Assembly (NCBI RefSeq): GCF_006345805.1 | Contig: NC_043000.1 | Location: 122,760,001-122,824,000 of the forward strand | DNA: 64,000 bases | Direction of reading: 5' to 3' | DNA from: Octopus sinensis | Lineage: Eukaryota | Shown here: one piece after another, positions 62,728 to 64,000 of the stretch | How positions within the stretch are numbered: position 1 is the stretch's first letter | How the letters are laid out: each line of letters opens with the position of its first letter | Notes under the pieces: model-generated | Databases searched by the model: none | Seen by the model: only the letters and a program-made list of their open reading frames with translations | Told to the model about the DNA's origin: nothing | Translations under genes and position numbers: made by a program

Positions 62728-64000
62728 TGTATGTATGTATGTATGTATGTATGTATGTATGCATGCATGCATTCATGTATGTATGACTGTATATATGTAT
62801 GCATATCGAGAGACAGACAGTGATAAAGTTAAAGAGTATCAAATACCAGACAACAGACACTTGAAATGATGTGTCGTAATTACCGAAATAGCAACAGAAA
62901 CCATATCGATATGATAAAGGAAGATTATCTTAAGAATCTGTCACTATCTCCTAAGGCAGCGAATTGGAAGAATCGTTAGAGCATGATGTAGAAAACATCT
63001 CAAAATTTGATACGACTCTCTTCACTTCAAGTTCAAATCCCGCCGTGGTAAACATTCCTTGTCATCCTTCTTTGGCCCATAAAATGCTACCGATCGAGAA
63101 AGATGGACTGACGGAGTTGTAAGAACTGTGGATTCGATGCAATGCAATATTTGTTCCGACTCCTTGCGTTCCAAGTTCAAATCCTCTCATTGCTTACTGT
63201 CATTGTTTAACACTATTTCCCGGCATCTTGGATGGATGCCTTTTAGGATTCGGGTTATGTTTCCAGTTTAAAGATAGCTTCCTCCCTCACCCCCATCACT
63301 TTCGGCGGCCCTGTATTATAGCAAATGATCATACACGCTGCCTTTCTCTCTGACTAACAGAAATAAACGTATACTCTGAAGTTACTGACACTATGTCATT
63401 TGTCCGCCTGTTTTATATTTCCCACCTAAACTTGTTACTGAATAAACGCTTCATCGAATCGTTTTATCCGAGTATTGCATACTTCTAATACCTTCCGAAA
63501 TCAGTAAATCCATACCTTAATTATTTAATTCAGTTTGATACGTGCCCATTCTCATCACTTATATTCACTATAAGCAGTCTCACTCTCTCATACACCTGTT
63601 ATGTAATAAACAACTTTCACAATTTTTTTTTCTCTTTTTAAACAAATGCATTCTCTCGAATCATCTTTTCACCTAATGCCTCATTCATCTTCTTCTCAAC
63701 CTATTATGATCTTCCAACTTTAACCCTGCAAAAATTTTATTTCAAATATACGTATTGTCCCTAAATATTTGTATTTATCAAAAGAACAGAAACTGAAAAA
63801 AAGAAAAACAACTACAAAAAACAGATTGCATGAACTTACATCTATAGCGAAAACAAAACAAACATAAACGAATGACATTTCGCTGTAAATCGCATGTTTG
63901 AATGAGTTTGTGCATACAACATTGTTAAATGAGGTACACGAGAAATGGTGACATTAATACATTACCCACAAATGTTTTATTGATACGAATTTGAAAAGAT

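Overview
This is AT-rich, repeat-saturated eukaryotic DNA that looks intronic or intergenic. The SINE repertoire resembles what I recall from octopod cephalopods; that is an inference and the species cannot be confirmed here. About 30 tRNA-derived SINE copies fall into three working families (A, B, C), several with clean 10-17 bp TSDs. Other mobile elements are a Penelope-like retroelement (RT plus GIY-YIG), R4/Dong-like LINE pieces sitting in (TAA)n, RTE LINE 3' ends, three mariner remnants, a DD37D (maT-type) transposon, MITEs and many microsatellites. Most ORFs in the supplied track are microsatellite translations. No complete host gene is visible; there is one plausible signal-peptide exon at 47487-47590 (+). 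Main result: the window is rich in hammerhead-ribozyme-like motifs carried by non-coding, (TA)n-anchored Penelope-type terminal-repeat elements. Six motifs have the conventional type I order. Two diverged copies of one element family (6928-6989 and 13066-13128, minus strand) carry the hammerhead core strands in a non-circularly permuted, pseudoknotted order, and stems I and III are fully compensated between the copies. Stem II is weak and no catalytic activity has been shown.
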